Shown: positions 1 through 12,920, numbered from the stretch's first letter. The stretch is DNA of 64,000 bases from Mobula hypostoma (GCF_963921235.1 NC_086097.1:59088001-59152000), one strand, 5' to 3'. Program-made: numbers and translations. Notes: a model not told the origin generated them from the sequence alone.

Positions 1-84
1 CCCCCTATGAAGAATCTTGAAAGCCCCCTGACAACTTCTATTTCCCTCAACACCCCTTAGGATATGTAACCGCCCCCATTGGCA

Positions 85-327
85 ATCACTGTTCTAAAGT
101 AATAATCATAATGATTTATTATTATTATTTCTTTTCTTCTCGTTCTTTCTGTATTTGCACATTCTTTTGCACATCGGTTGTTGTCCATCCTGTTGGATGT
201 GGTCATTCATTGATTCTATTGTGATGCTTGAATTTACTGTGATTGTGTGCAAGAAAATCAATCTTAGGGTTATATATGGTGACATATATGTACTTTGATT
301 ATAAATTTACTTTGAACTTTGAACTTT
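85..327 (+). mobile_element. Rex1/Babar-type LINE 3' UTR stub
   Basis: Ends in ATAAATTTAC(TTTGAAC)n tail. Same 3' UTR as the minus-strand stubs at 33254, 48671 and 57228, two of which run into Rex-type RT C-terminal peptide. Confidence 0.65.
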
Positions 328-826
328 GCTTGCAGCTACTGCATTTTTATGAGGCAACTCTTTGATCAATTGTTTTGCACTAAGTTTAAATTTCATTGAC
401 TTTCAGAATGTTACTTCACACAATAAAATAAGGTAGATGCTGAGATGTAAGAAAATCTTATTATTTCATTCCCACAGAGCTCTTGATATATGATCTACTA
501 TTATAACTTGCCTTTGGTTAAAAGCAACAGTAAGTGTTCACGGTGACATGCAGTGAAAACTTACATCATAGTTCAGTACTAATGCTGTTATGTATAATAA
601 CCTTCCGTTTTCAGATAACTGAAGTTTTATCCAAAGTGTTTTCTTCAGAAGACATGTAATATTAGATATCATATATGCCAAAAGAACAACTTTATGATCT
701 CTTTGGCATTTTTCAATTGATGGTTATTCATCCAGCACAAAGCATAATAAGGTAAGCAGCAGATAGACCAAGTGAAATACTTCAAAACTTTCTACAAGTG
801 TAACTGTCTGATTTGCATTAATTCAG

Positions 827-1000
827 GAACACAAATAGGAAATTACAGAAGATCTCAGTAGGCCAACTAGCGTGTGGAGAGAAAGACAGTCAACTTCTCA
901 GATAAATGTCATTTCAGCAGAACTGAAAAAATGATAAATCAGCCATGCTTTAGGTGACAAAGAATGGGGGAACAGAGGGAGTACACTATATGTAACAGGG
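827..1000 (-). mobile_element. Old Penelope-like terminal repeat relic with degenerate hammerhead motif
   Basis: Reverse complement of 888-926 reads CAGTT CTGCTGA AATGACATTTATCT GAGA AGTT GACTG, followed by the ...CTACTGAGATCTTCTG tail seen in other copies. Confidence 0.4.
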
Positions 1001-1221
1001 TGGGATCAAAAATCGTCCAGGTCAAACATGTTTCTAATGCTGCCAGTTGGTGAGAGGAAAGAATCTGAAGTATATTATGGCACTTTGAAAAGCAGAACAA
1101 AAGTTAATGGAAAATTAAAACTGAAGAAAATACTGGGAATTTCCAGCAGAATGGAGAAAAGCTGAGGAGATGGACAAAACCAAGTTAATGCTACTAGTAA
1201 ATTACCTTACAGCAGATAGTT

Positions 1222-1597
1222 GAGCCATCATTCGAGTCGCGTATGATGCTCTCCTGAAGGTTTGTCTATTGGTGGCTGCGGAGGCCAGTCCAGGGTCCAC
1301 GTATTCTGGGCAAGAGTATGTGGTGGCTGTGGTTAGTGGTTGGGTCTCCTTTCCCAGCTGCTGCTTGTTCTCTGTGGCACAGCGAAAGCCGTTCTCATGC
1401 AGCGCAGCTCCCTCTTGAATGGAATTCTGCTAAGTGTATCATCCCCATTTTTAGAGGTAATGTTGAATTTCTTCAGACATGGTAATGTTGATGTTCTCTT
1501 TGAAGGATTCCCTTTGTCCACCAGGGGCTCACTGACCTTGCTTCAACTGGGAGTAAAGGATCTGTTTGGGGAAACATGAGTTAGGTATCTGAATGAG
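1222..1597 (-). mobile_element. RTE-clade LINE 3' end fragment
   Basis: Minus strand encodes FPKQILYSQLKQGQ*APGGQR...LKKFNI, the typical RTE ORF C-terminus, with stops and frameshifts. Confidence 0.7.
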
Positions 1598-3639
1598 TAC
1601 AATGCATTAAAATATATTTGTTCAGTCCAGAAAATCAAATGCACCTGCAAAACATAAAAGATATTATATCTTTTTGAACAACAAGTTCAACAAGAATACG
1701 TAACAGCAATCTAATTTTAGTCAAGACAATGAAAACTTCAAAAAGTGAATTAAAATGAATAATTTAAATCTGGCAAATACTGTTGAAGATAATGTCTTCA
1801 ATGAGATATTCTCGGCTATAGTTTACTGTACTTTGAGCACTTTTAATCAGCCCTGGTTTGAAATACTGTATCTAACATTTTAATCTTATGAACCTTCATT
1901 GTTTCAATATTCAAATCTAATATTCATATGGTTAATATGGCAAAAGCTTTGTATCCCATAGTAAAGTGTAAGTTGTTGGAAGCATAATGGGTATTGAATT
2001 TGGAAAAGAGAAATACGTGGCTTATCACTGTTGAGCTAATCAATAAAATGGATGAGCAGAAATGTATAGCATAGTATGTTTATAGCAAGAATGCAATTAT
2101 CAGGAAATTTGGATCTGATAATGAGCTAAGGTGACAGTAGAGATGGATTGTGAGAAAGGGAGTTGGAATTTGAAGCTTGTGGATCACCAATCAGGAGCAA
2201 CATTAGTGGGAGAATAATGGGGAAGTGGAGAAGTCAGTGCAGCATGCTGTGCAGGAGATGCAGTATGAGTATAGTTTTGGACTTAACTATTTGATCTCAA
2301 ACTACTCAGTCATTACAGTTTTCACAGGAATGCCCAATGGCAGGCATCATGTGACGAAAGTTTACTAAAGCATAATGGGTCCATCGGAATTTTTTTTGCT
2401 GTTTTAGTGGTAGCTTTAATATAATACTAATGGTACAAAAAAACAGAGAAAAGAATATCTGTTTACACATTAACTTTTAGATGTCAGCATAAATGAAAAT
2501 CATTTCAAAGTGATAAATACAGTTATTACACACCTCACAGAAGACCATTAAAAAGGAAATAAAATATGCTAAAGGGCATCTGAAGTCATTTTTTCAATGG
2601 CTTATGAGTGACAACCTCAATGATTTAAACAGTAACATAACATTTCGTTCTGATTTAAAATCCAATATTCTTTTGAAACAACTAGTACTTTACAGATCAT
2701 GGGAAACGATCTCAGATTGACTTGGTACATATTTGGATTTTTTTTCTCTGTTCCAGAATGTTAAGTAACTATTTTTTTTTAAGATCATTGCCTTTATTTC
2801 TCATTTCTGAATGTGCAAAATCCAGCATTGAATGAGTTCAAATTACTTAATCAAATTTCTGAACTATCATATGCAGTTTCTACTACAATCTGCACTCCCT
2901 ACTAGTACTCACATCCTGGCATTTTCTGATGTTGAATCAGGTTGTTTGCATCCTTGTTCAACTATTCGATCTTATCTGAGCTTTCAAAACTGTGTTAGAA
3001 AGACAACTTACTTCACTGTGTTTCGACCTGTCTCAACCCATTATTCATCCCTGCTGTGCGCCTCAGTCTATCCTCTGACTATTGTAGTCATGTGAGTACC
3101 CACTGATGTGCACAGTGGGTACAACTTCATTAATGTCAAGGCTACAATATGCTGTTTGTTTGGATCATTTTCCTTGTTTCCTTCTTATTCTTCCTATTCG
3201 ACTCCCAGTTTCTCTCCTTTACTCCTCTAGTTTGCATTGTTTTCTCCCTAGACACAGACAGCGAATATATGCTGCTTCCCCCCCCTCCACCAACTCCCCA
3301 CCCTGTCACCCCCCGGTTCTCTCATGACCTGCAGTTTCTGTTGTTTTTTTAAGTGGCCCCCTCCTCATCCCCTCCCAAGACAGCTTCCTCGTGAGTAGCT
3401 TCTCATGTGACTTTTGATGCCCATGACATACGTTTAAAACATGAAGTGGGTTGGTTGTCCTGCTGAAAAAGATTATCACAACTTCACCACTATTTCCACC
3501 CAAAATATATATAGGGAAGCAGAGCTCTATATCAATCAACAGGAACAATGAAGATTTGGCATTAGTTGCCAAATTGAAGCTTCACACTGCAGCTAATGCT
3601 CTCTCCTTTTTGCCTCTATGGCCTCATTGGATGATACCC

Positions 3640-4210
3640 TAAGAATGCCATCTCTAAGTACTGCTATTATGTCCTCCCTTGCCAAAAAGGCAACAACCCC
3701 TCCTCACATACTTCTATCTCTGTCCTGCCCGTAGCATCTGTATCCTGGAATACTGAGCTGCCAGTCCTGCCCTTCTGTCAGCCTGTTTCTGTTATGGCTA
3801 TAACATCCCAGTCCTCAGAGCCAATCCACACTGAGTTTGTCTGCTTTAACTGGTAAATTTCGTCCATTGAAATAAATGCAGTTTTCCTAAGTATTCCTTC
3901 CTTGCCTTTAGGGTGTTCCTGCTATCCTGATTACATAACTTGTTCTTCCTCTTTCTTTAACACATGACTTGTGTCTGTTCAGAATCCCTGGCACCAGAGG
4001 AAGCTGGAGATCACCACCCTTAAAGTTCTGCTCCTTAACTTCTTACATAATTCCCTATGCTTACTCTGCAGGAAGGACTGTACCAATATGTACACCCATC
4101 TCCAGCTGCTTGCTCTTCCCCTTGAGAATTTTCTTCATTTTCTTAGAGATATCTTTGACCCTGACACCCAGGAAGCAACAGACCATCCCAGCATAGACTC
4201 TCCTGAATCC
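3640..4210 (-). mobile_element. Decayed CR1 LINE fragment (ORF1 end and AP-endonuclease start)
   Basis: Minus strand encodes AITE..TEGQDWQLSIPGYRCYGQDR..GGVVAFLAREDIIAVLR, matching the CR1 APE domain. Confidence 0.65.
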
Positions 4211-4274
4211 TTTCACATCCTGTGAACTCAGAGCTGGATACTGAAAGAATAACTCTGTTGGTATACCTGTTAGT

Positions 4275-4490
4275 GTGACCCATGCTGGAATTGATGTAGC
4301 TTCAAGTTGTTGCCATCAAGTTGACTCGTATGGATAGTGTAGTTGTCTATAGGGTTTTCATGGCAAGATATGGAAGTAGCAGTATTCCATACTGATATGG
4401 CTACTGCTCAGGTTGGGACCCGGCCGGATTCTAAGCCAGGGCCATCCACCTTGAGTTCCAGTGCTGATGCCACTACACCACTGGCCGGCT
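4275..4490 (-). mobile_element. tRNA-derived SINE
   Basis: Minus-strand head GCCGGCCAGTGGTGTAGTGGCATCAGCACTGG...GGCTTAGAATCC (A-box and B-box-like). Resembles the head at 20213. Confidence 0.6.
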
Positions 4491-4639
4491 GATTTTATGG
4501 CAAGTTTTATTTTCTTCAAGAAAGTGTGTCATTCAGTGTTCTGTATGTGCTTAAGTGTTGAGACGGTCATGGCTGAAGTTCTGGTATTGTATGCAAGGTA
4601 TAAGCTGTGGGTGAAATATCTAAATGTCAGATGTGAATT

Positions 4640-4785
4640 CCAAAACACAAAATACTCTGCAGATGCAGGGGTCAAAGCAACACTCACAACACGCTGGAGG
4701 AACTCAGCAGGTCCTGACGAAGGGTTCCGGCCCAAAACGTTGACTGATCGTTTCCACGGATGCTGCCCGGCCTGCTGAGTTCTTA
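4640..4785. mobile_element. Penelope-derived fold-back mini-element with hammerhead relic
   Basis: AACTCAGCAGG...CCTGCTGAGTT inverted ends. GTC CTGACGA AGGGTTCCGGCCC AAAA CGTT GACT at 4711-4745. 12-bp TSD CAGATGTGAATT at 4628-4639 and 4786-4797. Confidence 0.8.
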
Positions 4786-5229
4786 CAGATGTGAATTTGA
4801 ACTGGGCGAGATGTAATGTACAGCACCTCAAGTTGGTGATGTAGGTGGTGGAAAGTAGCATTTGAAGATGTACTCACCAACCTTAAATTTGTCGATGGGG
4901 GTCATTGAGCTCTTCTGGGCACTGCCTGACTCCTGCGATTTGCAGTCACAGTAACCCTTTCCCAGTGATTTCTAACTACGTATATGGAGGTTGGAAGTGC
5001 AAGGAAAAAAATGGAGGAAGTCATAGCTTACAAAGAATGTTTTAGGTACAAAAATACTAACAATTTCTATTTGTTTCATGTGTAGTTGTACAAATGTGGG
5101 CTCTGATGATCAGCTTGCTCTGTTCTGCTTCGCACAGCAGCTCCTTTTCACAAGCATTGCCATAGGCTGACCTGTGTCCCAGCTTTCTTCTTCCAGTTCA
5201 CTGCGTAGTATCACCATTCAGATCCATAC

Positions 5230-5493
5230 TTAGTATTCTTGTTTAACCTTATCCTCATCTTTGAACCCCGCAGCAACTGCATGCCATATGTGAAACACAA
5301 CAGTGGCAGATGGCCCATTCTTTCTCATTCCTCCAATACGGCACATCAATTCCAAAGGAGCATGTTCTTCACTTAAACAGTAGGTTATGATTCCTGATAG
5401 ATTTATCTGCCTTTCCATATTATTGAAGAATTTTGTGCTGTTAGTTCCTAAATCTATACAACCTTTAAATAAATACAAACTGGATTGTTGAAT
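5230..5493 (-). other. Candidate coding exon of an unidentified gene
   Basis: Good acceptor (tattcttcctcttacag|ATT). Only frame 0 is open: IQQSSLYLFKGCIDLG...AAGFKDEDKVKQEY*. It ends either at a weak donor AAG|gttaaa (exon 5248-5493, 246 nt) or at the stop at 5230. No family recognised. Confidence 0.3.
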
Positions 5494-6012
5494 CTGTAAG
5501 AGGAAGAATATCATAATGCAATTAAACAAACTGAAGTACAAAATGTCCTTGCAAAATTCTGTGAATAAAATTCACAGATAATCATTGTACAAAATATTCA
5601 TAGATACTTGAGGCTTTTCTCATTCAAAGCATCTAAAAGTGCTGTAACTGCACATCACAAATAATGGAAATAGGAGTAATCCAAACAAAAGAATGCTTAA
5701 ATTAATCTATGTACGTCTTTATTGTTGCACTTACTTCAGTTTTATATTTGTTGGAAATTTTTTGTAAATTATTCACATTACATCTGTTTTGTAGTCATTT
5801 TCCATACTTATGAAATCTTGCCTTTCAGTCAGCTAAAAGAGCCAGATGGAGACAATAGATAAAGGAGAGAAAACAACTTTTTAATCTATTGACCAATACT
5901 GAATAACATGAATTTAAATTTGAAGTCTTGGTTCAACCCTTTCCCGGCAACCAGCGGACATTCTGTCTGGTGACCCAGTTGGCAGGGAACTCCCTAACTA
6001 ATGGCTGTTAAG

Positions 6013-9000
6013 CATAGAATCATAGAAATCTACAGCACATTATGGGCCCTTCGGCCCACAATGTTGTGCTGATCATGTAACCTACTCTAGAAACTGCCTA
6101 GAATTTCCCTACCACATTGCCCACTATTTTTCTAAGCTCCATGTACCTACCTAAGAGTCTCTCAAAAGACCCTATTGTATCTGCTTCCACCACCGTCGCT
6201 GGCAGTGCATTCCACTCACCCACCACTCTCTGTGTAGAAAATGTAACTCTTATATCCCCCTTGTACCTACTTCCAAACACCTTAAAGCTATGCCCCCTCA
6301 TGTTAGCCATTTCAGCCTAGGAAAAAGCCTCTGGCTATCCACATGATCAATGCCTCTCATCATCTTATACACCTCTAATAGGTCACCTCTCATCCTCCGT
6401 CGCTCCAAGGAGAAAAGGCGAAATTCACTCAACCTATTCTCATAAGGCATGCTCCCCAATCCAGGCAACAACCTTGTAAATCACCTCTGCACTCTCTCTG
6501 TAGTATCCGCATCCTTCCTATAGTGAGGTGACCAGAACTGAATACAGTACTCTAAGCGGGGTCTGACTGAGGTCTTATATAGCTTTGACATTATCTCACG
6601 GCTCTTGAATTCAATCCCATGGTTGATGAAGGCCAATACACCGTACGCCTTCTTAACAACAGTGTCAAACTGCGCAGCAGCATTGAGTGTCCTATGGACA
6701 TGGGCCCCAGGATCTTGCTGATCCTCTACACTGCCAAGACTCTTACCATTAATATTATATTCTGTTTTCAAATTTGACCGACCGAAATGAACCACTTCAT
6801 ACTTATCTGGGTTGAACACCATCTGCCATTTCTCAGCCCAGTTCTGCATCCCAACAATGTCCCATTGTAACCTCTGACAACCCTCCAGACTATCCACAAT
6901 ACCCTCAACTTTTGTGTCATCAGCAAATTTACCAACCCACTCTTCTACTTTCTCGTCCAGGTTATTTATATTTAAAAAAAATCACAAAGAGGAGGGGTCC
7001 CAGAACAGATCCTTGTGGAGATCCTTGTCACCGTCCTCCATGCAGAATATGAACCATCTACAACCAGCCTTTGGTTTCTGTGGGCAAGCCAATTCTGGAT
7101 CCACAAAGCAAGGTCCATGCCACATTACCTTCTGAATGAGGCTTGCATGAGGAACCTCATCAAATGCTTTACTGAAATCCATGTACACTACATCCTCTGT
7201 TCTACCTTCATCAATTGTTTTGTTAGCTCCTCAAAGAATTCAATTCGGCTTGTAAGGCAAAACCTGCCCTTGACAAAGTTAACTAACCAGTTTATGTCTC
7301 TCCACATGCTCATAAACCCTACCTCTCAGGATCTTCTTCAACAACTTGCCCACCACTGAAGTAAGTTCCTGGATTATCTCTACTCCCTTTCTTGAACTAG
7401 GGAACAACATTTTCAACCTTCCTATCCTCTGGTACTTCTCCCATCCTTATTGATGATGCAAAGATCATTGCCAGAACTCAGCAATCCCCTCCCTCGCTTC
7501 CCATAATTTCCTGGGGAGTATTTCGTCCAATCCAGGTGACTTAATCTAATTTAATACCTTTCAATAGCCCCAGCACTTCCTCTTTCTTAATGTCTATACA
7601 CTCAAGCGGTTTAGTCCACTGTAAGTCATCCCTGCAATTGCCAAGGTCCTTTTCACTGGTGAATTCTGAATCAAAGTATTCATTAAGTAACTCCGTTACC
7701 TCCTCCGGCTCCATGCACGTTTCCACTACTGCACCTGAGTGGTCTTGTTCTCACAGAGGCTCACCCTCTTTTTCCTCACATACTTGTAGAATGCCTTGGG
7801 GTTTTCCTTAATCCTGCTCACAAAGGCCTTCTCACGGCCCCTTCTAGCTCTCATAATTTCATTCTTGAGCTCCTTCCCCTCCAGTTCAGGTGCAACCCGT
7901 CCCACTTGTACAGGTTTCTCTTTCCTCTGAAAAGGTTCCAATGATCCAAGAACATGAAACCCTGCCCCCTGCACCATCTCCTCAGCCACACACTGATCTG
8001 TGCCATCTTCCTGTTCTGACCTTCTCCAGCTTGTGGCACTGGGAGTAATCTGGAGATTTCCGCCTTGGAGGTCCTGCTCTTCAACCTCCTTCCTAACTCC
8101 ATAAACTTACTGCACAGGACCTCTACCCCTCTCCTGCCTATGTCATTGGTACCAGCACGTACCACAACCTCCGGCTGCTCACCCTCCCCTTCAAGAATAT
8201 TCTGCAACTACTCACAGACATCCTCACCTTTGTCCCTCTAACTATCGAGTCCCCTATGTCTATTGCTCTGCCTGACTTCACCCTACCCTTCTGAGGCTCA
8301 GAGCTGACCACAGTGTTATTGGTCTAGCTGCTGCTGCCTTGCCCAGATAGGTTATCCCCCTCAGCAGTATCCAAAGGGGTGTATCTGTTGCTTTGGGGAA
8401 TGGCCACAGGGGCACTCTGCACTGGCTTCTTTCTCCCTTTATCTCTCTCGTTTTTCACCCATCTACTCCCAGAATTCTGCACTCTGGCTGTAACCACCTG
8501 CTCAAGAGTTGTACCAATCAAATGCTCTTGCCTCCCAGATGATGCTAAGTTCATCCTACTCTAGCTCCAGCTCCTTAATGTGGTCTTACATGAGCTGGGG
8601 TTGGCTGCTCTTCCCGCAGGTGTAGTCATCAGGGAGACTATCAGGTTCCATGAATTCCCACATCCTACAGGAGGAACATTCCACTGCCATGTCTGCCATC
8701 CTGCCTGTACTGTACAATGGGCAACCAAGACCAAATCTTCTAACCTATGCCTTTGGCCTGAGCCACTTCTCATCAAAGCCTCTTGAGTCAAGGCCTGATG
8801 CTCCTAGTCTCACCACTGGCCCAGTCCCAACAATGGCTAGCCTGCTTGTCCCTTCTGTACTTTTATTTACCTTGAAGTGCTCTGTTCCTGCCTCTGATTT
8901 GGCCTCTGGAATGCCCGAATGTCTGCAAAGCTTTCCTTTTATTCAGGCTTCATTGACCTGCGACTAACTCTCAAATTGCTCTGTTCCTGCCGCTGATTGG

Positions 9001-9210
9001 GCCTCTGAATATCCAAACGCCCGTCAAGCTCTCCTTTTATTCAAGCTTTGGTGACCTGCGCATAACCTCCTCAAAGTGCTCTGCTCCCACCGCTGACTGG
9101 CCTCTTAAATGTCCAAACGCCCGCAAAGCTCTCCTTTTATTCAGGTTTCGCCGACCTGTCGGTAACCTCCTCGATGTGCTCTGCTCCCACCGCTGATTGG
9201 GCCTCTGGAG
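6013..9210 (-). mobile_element. CR1 LINE, near full-length, internally deleted and inactivated
   Basis: 3' (TTCTATGA)-type tail at 6013. RT pieces YMDFSKAFDEVPH, WAEKWQM.FNPDK and VRPRLEYCIQFWSPHY. ORF1 zinc finger MAVECSSCRMWE (~8699) and SGNH-esterase VVVRAGTNDIG...DGLHLNWRG. Many frameshifts. Confidence 0.92.
8878..9209. repeat. ~100-bp tandem monomer array (3.3 copies) in the CR1 5' UTR
   Basis: Units start TGCTCTG at 8878, 8977, 9077 and 9177 and share CTGATTGGGCCTCT..., AAGCTCTCCTTTTATTCAGG and GACCTG. Confidence 0.85.
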
Positions 9211-10710
9211 TCAATATGGGTGCATGATCAATTGTTTTTCATTACTTACAATGGAAGCTTCAGAATTTCTGTGAGCACAGACTAAATTAATAAATTAAGA
9301 AAAAGGAATTCCGTTATTGTTGATGCAAATATGTCACAGAGATTCATCATAGTATTATTACAGCACAAGAGGAAATCATTCAGACTATCAATAACATGCG
9401 ACTCCTAGTAGAGTGAGCCATGAAGTCCCACTTCATCACATTTCCCTTGATTCTCTCTCAAGGGTGAATCAAATTCCTTTTAGAATGATTCTGGTTCCAC
9501 CAATTCTGGATGGAGTAATCTCCCATTTATGATCATTATCTCTGTATACAAAGTTTTTACCACTTATTTCTCCTAATTTACTTGCCCAAATTTTAAGATC
9601 AATATCCTGAATCCTGTTTATGTGCACTGTCTTCTTCCATTAATCCATTATGAAAAACACATCATCTTGAACACCACACGAGAAATCTCTCAACCACCTT
9701 TGTTCCCAGGAAAACAACACCGGATTCCCCAGTGTAACTTTGGAGCCATTCTAGTAAAATGCATCCTCCCACATTTAAAACTGTCCATAGCATTCTGATA
9801 GTTTCGGAGTGGGATTATGAGCACACAAGCAAACATTCCTGGAATTAGTTCTTTTATATTTATTTCTGCTATATCAAGTCTTATTTCTGTTTTTATTAAG
9901 AAAATCTTCCTCATGGTTCTTTTTCGTATGTAGTCACAACTTGGTACAGTAAAATTCATTTTTCTAGAAAGTACAGAATCTAATTCTTAATTACAATTTT
10001 AAGCTTCATGCTGTTCTGTAAACTCAAATGATTAGGTTAACTGTATTCTGTGGAATTAATTGTGCAGTAAATTCAAAAACTGAACAATCAGATGCATCTT
10101 TAAAACTCAAAAGACCTTAAGTTATTTGTCAATTAAATCCTACCTTCACTAATCCAATTTTTATAGCTTCTCGTTACAGCTCAGACTAAAATGAAAATAC
10201 TCATTTCATCTGGATTTTCAATTATAGGTCTCTTTTGGCATTATAAAATTATAACAATTCATAAAGAGCAAAGAAAGATAATTAATTTATTTAGATTCCC
10301 TCATTCCCAATATTTAATTTTTAAACGTTTATGCTCTTTTTATCAAATCATTCTTATTTATTTATATTAACACTATATTTCTTAACATCTAAAAGTGCCA
10401 ATTTCTCTTGCCATTTTACTTGAGAAATGCACCTTGCAAGAAACAGGAAATCAAGCACAGGGTTTCATTTTGATAAATTGCTATGAATCACCTTTGTACA
10501 GGTTTACAGTTGGCCTTTTAAGATCGAAGCATTACTATAACATGGAAATTGATTAGAATTCTAAATAAATTCACCCCTTACACTAAAATAGGATGCTGAT
10601 GTTGCAGATGTCCTGGTTTGCAGAGAGTAAAGTGGATGGAACTGGTAAAAAGGGAATGCTTATCATGGGAACCGAAAATATTGAACTGGATCATGCTGGT
10701 AAACCAACAA

Positions 10711-10713
<3 letters not shown>

Positions 10714-10768
<55 letters not shown>
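10714..10768. repeat. (TG)27 microsatellite
   Basis: Perfect dinucleotide run read directly. Confidence 0.98.
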
Positions 10769-10771
<3 letters not shown>

Positions 10772-11339
10772 TTTCACATTTCTGTGTCTACACACCAGAA
10801 GTAAGCTGTGCTGGAAGTCCAATAGAGATATGTAAGTTATGTATATATCACTACTAAATACAGAACCAATTTCTAATTTACTTAGTAAAAAGTTGCATAC
10901 ACTTTGCATCTAGCCCCTCCAATTTGCACCAGCTGTAGCTAGAACTTCGGTTAAATGTCATTCATTTATATTGGGTAACCACCCTCATCAAAATTTGGTG
11001 ATGCATTGAGTTACAACTGCATATTCAATTTGTATTAATAGTGTTGTTGTACATGTCAACTGGGTTTATTTTTATAAATATATAAACTGTTAACTATTGT
11101 TTTTATACCTATTTCTAAATGTTGATCATTCGATTCATTGAGGAATAGTGAAAAGGCTTGGATAGCTCAAAAAGGAGTTGGGTGAAATCAGTATTCCTCA
11201 GATTGAAGAAAGGGTTCATGCACTGAATCAAGGCAATTGCATTGAAAACTGCAGGCAGTATGATAAATGCAAGGAAAGCAATTTAACCCATGGCTGTAGC
11301 CATTGCATTTCTAACTTTGAACAGAACTGTTTCTATGCT

Positions 11340-11580
11340 GTGTCCTAGTTTTCCTCTGCCTCCTTTCCAAAGTTTCCACATCCTTTCTATAATGAGGCGA
11401 CCAGAACTAACACAATACTCCAACTGTCTAACCAGAGTTTAGTGAAGCTGCAACATTATCTCAAGGCTCTTGAACTCAATGAAGACTTAGCTAATGAAGA
11501 CCAATGTATCATATGTCTTCTTAACCATCCTATCAACGTGTGTAGCAACTTTGAGAGATCATCGGATTGGGCCTTGGATC
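11340..11580 (-). mobile_element. CR1 RT C-terminal fragment
   Basis: Similar to 6500-6720 (LEYC...WSPHYRKDV on the minus strand). Confidence 0.7.
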
Positions 11581-11889
11581 TCATGACTCATGGCTTTCTG
11601 CATGAAAGTTCATGGGGAACACATGACTAAAATCTACAAAATTTAAAGAAAATAAGAACCAAAGGGACTATTACAATGGGAAAGTATCACAAACTAAGTT
11701 TAGATTTTTCTCTGCCTTGGCACCCCAATGCAGCTGATTAAAGTTAGAAATACAATGTGCTCAACTGTTAGAAATACAGTTCTGCTCAAAGTTAGAAGTA
11801 CAATGGCAACAGAAAGAAAACAGGGATGGAGAGAGCTATCTCTTTTCCAGCCTTCTCCTCTCCACAAGCTCTCTCAACTGTACCTGCTA

Positions 11890-12700
11890 TAAGTAATACA
11901 AATAGAAAAGGATGCAAATACTCTGCAGGTCATGCAGCATCTGAGGCAAAACAACTTCAGGCTGTTGTACTTACTGCAAAAATATAGAAAACTGGCATGT
12001 TTTAAGTGGCAGAGAGAACTAGAGAGGAAAAAGAGGATACCTGTAATGAGGAGGACACCAAGAGAAAATGGATGATATAGATTGGTATTGACAAAGAAAG
12101 GGTGAGGAATATTTAATAACAGTGAATCTTTCTGAGGGAATGTAAATAAATGGTGAATAGAGAGAAAACAAAGAAAAGTTACAATGGAACAGTGAGATAC
12201 ATAACTCAACAGATGAGGTGCTGTTCTGTGAGTTTATGGTGACCTTCAATGTTGCAGTGCAAGATGCTGAGATAGAGAGATCACAGTGGGATTCTGATGG
12301 AAAGTTGAGGTGACAGACAACTGGGTCAAACTGATGAGGTATCATCTGGGTTACCCAAAAACTATCATCCATCCAAAAGTCTGATACATCGGTGTAGAGG
12401 AGAGTACGCTGTGAACACTGAATATAGTCAACTAGATTAGAAGTGCAAGTGAACCATTGCTTCACCTTGAAAGTGTATCTAGATCTCTAGATAATGCAAG
12501 TAGGCAAATTAAAGAGCAGTTGTTTCTTCCTCTGTGGGCGTTTTGTGAAAGTGCATAAGGAGAGTTGTTGTCATTGGAGAAAGGAGAATGAACTCAGGAT
12601 TTGCAGAGGGAACAGTCCTCACAGAATGCTGAAAGTGAATGGCGGGAGGCAACAACCTGAAGTGCTGAATCTGTTTCTCTCACTGATCTGCGATGTCCTA
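11890..12700 (-). mobile_element. Decayed Penelope-like element (GIY-YIG endonuclease region and terminal repeat)
   Basis: ORF 12019-12465 begins KQWFTCTSNLVDYIQCSQRTLLYT, matching the FTC.S.NxVY.I.C..C.LLYIGET GIY-YIG motif. GATGCTGCATGACCTGCAGAG tail at ~11920-11940. Confidence 0.75.
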
Positions 12701-12786
12701 TACTTTGCTACTTATTTAATTCTTTGATTTGTGTTATCTGCAGTTAATTGCATTTTAATTATTCTTTGAAATAATGATGGTAGGAG

Positions 12787-12920
12787 CATAAAACATAGAA
12801 CAATTATAATGCAGTAAGGGCCCTACAGCTCATTTTGTTGTGCTGACCTTTTAATCTATTCTAAGATCAACCTCAGTTTTCTTTCCCACATAGCCCTCCA
12901 TTTTTCTTTCATCTGTGTGT
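12787..12920 (-). mobile_element. CR1 3' end, interrupted (continues at 17373-17435)
   Basis: CATAAAACATAGAAC tail. The sequence stops at ...TTTCATCTGTGTG and resumes as TGTGCCTACCTAGGAATGTCTTAAATGTCCCTAATGTATCTGCC; compare 6130-6200. Confidence 0.65.

Noticed and set aside
615..751. Plus-strand exon-like unit (ttttcag|...AAG|gtaagc)
   Set aside because: Stops in all three frames and no supporting neighbours; consistent with a chance pseudo-exon.
1985..3340. Possible very old Penelope-like fragments (purine and pyrimidine skewed tracts)
   Set aside because: No motif clear enough to assign or bound.
10593..10909. ORFs with CVCVCV and HTHTHT runs
   Set aside because: Translations of the (TG)27 microsatellite.
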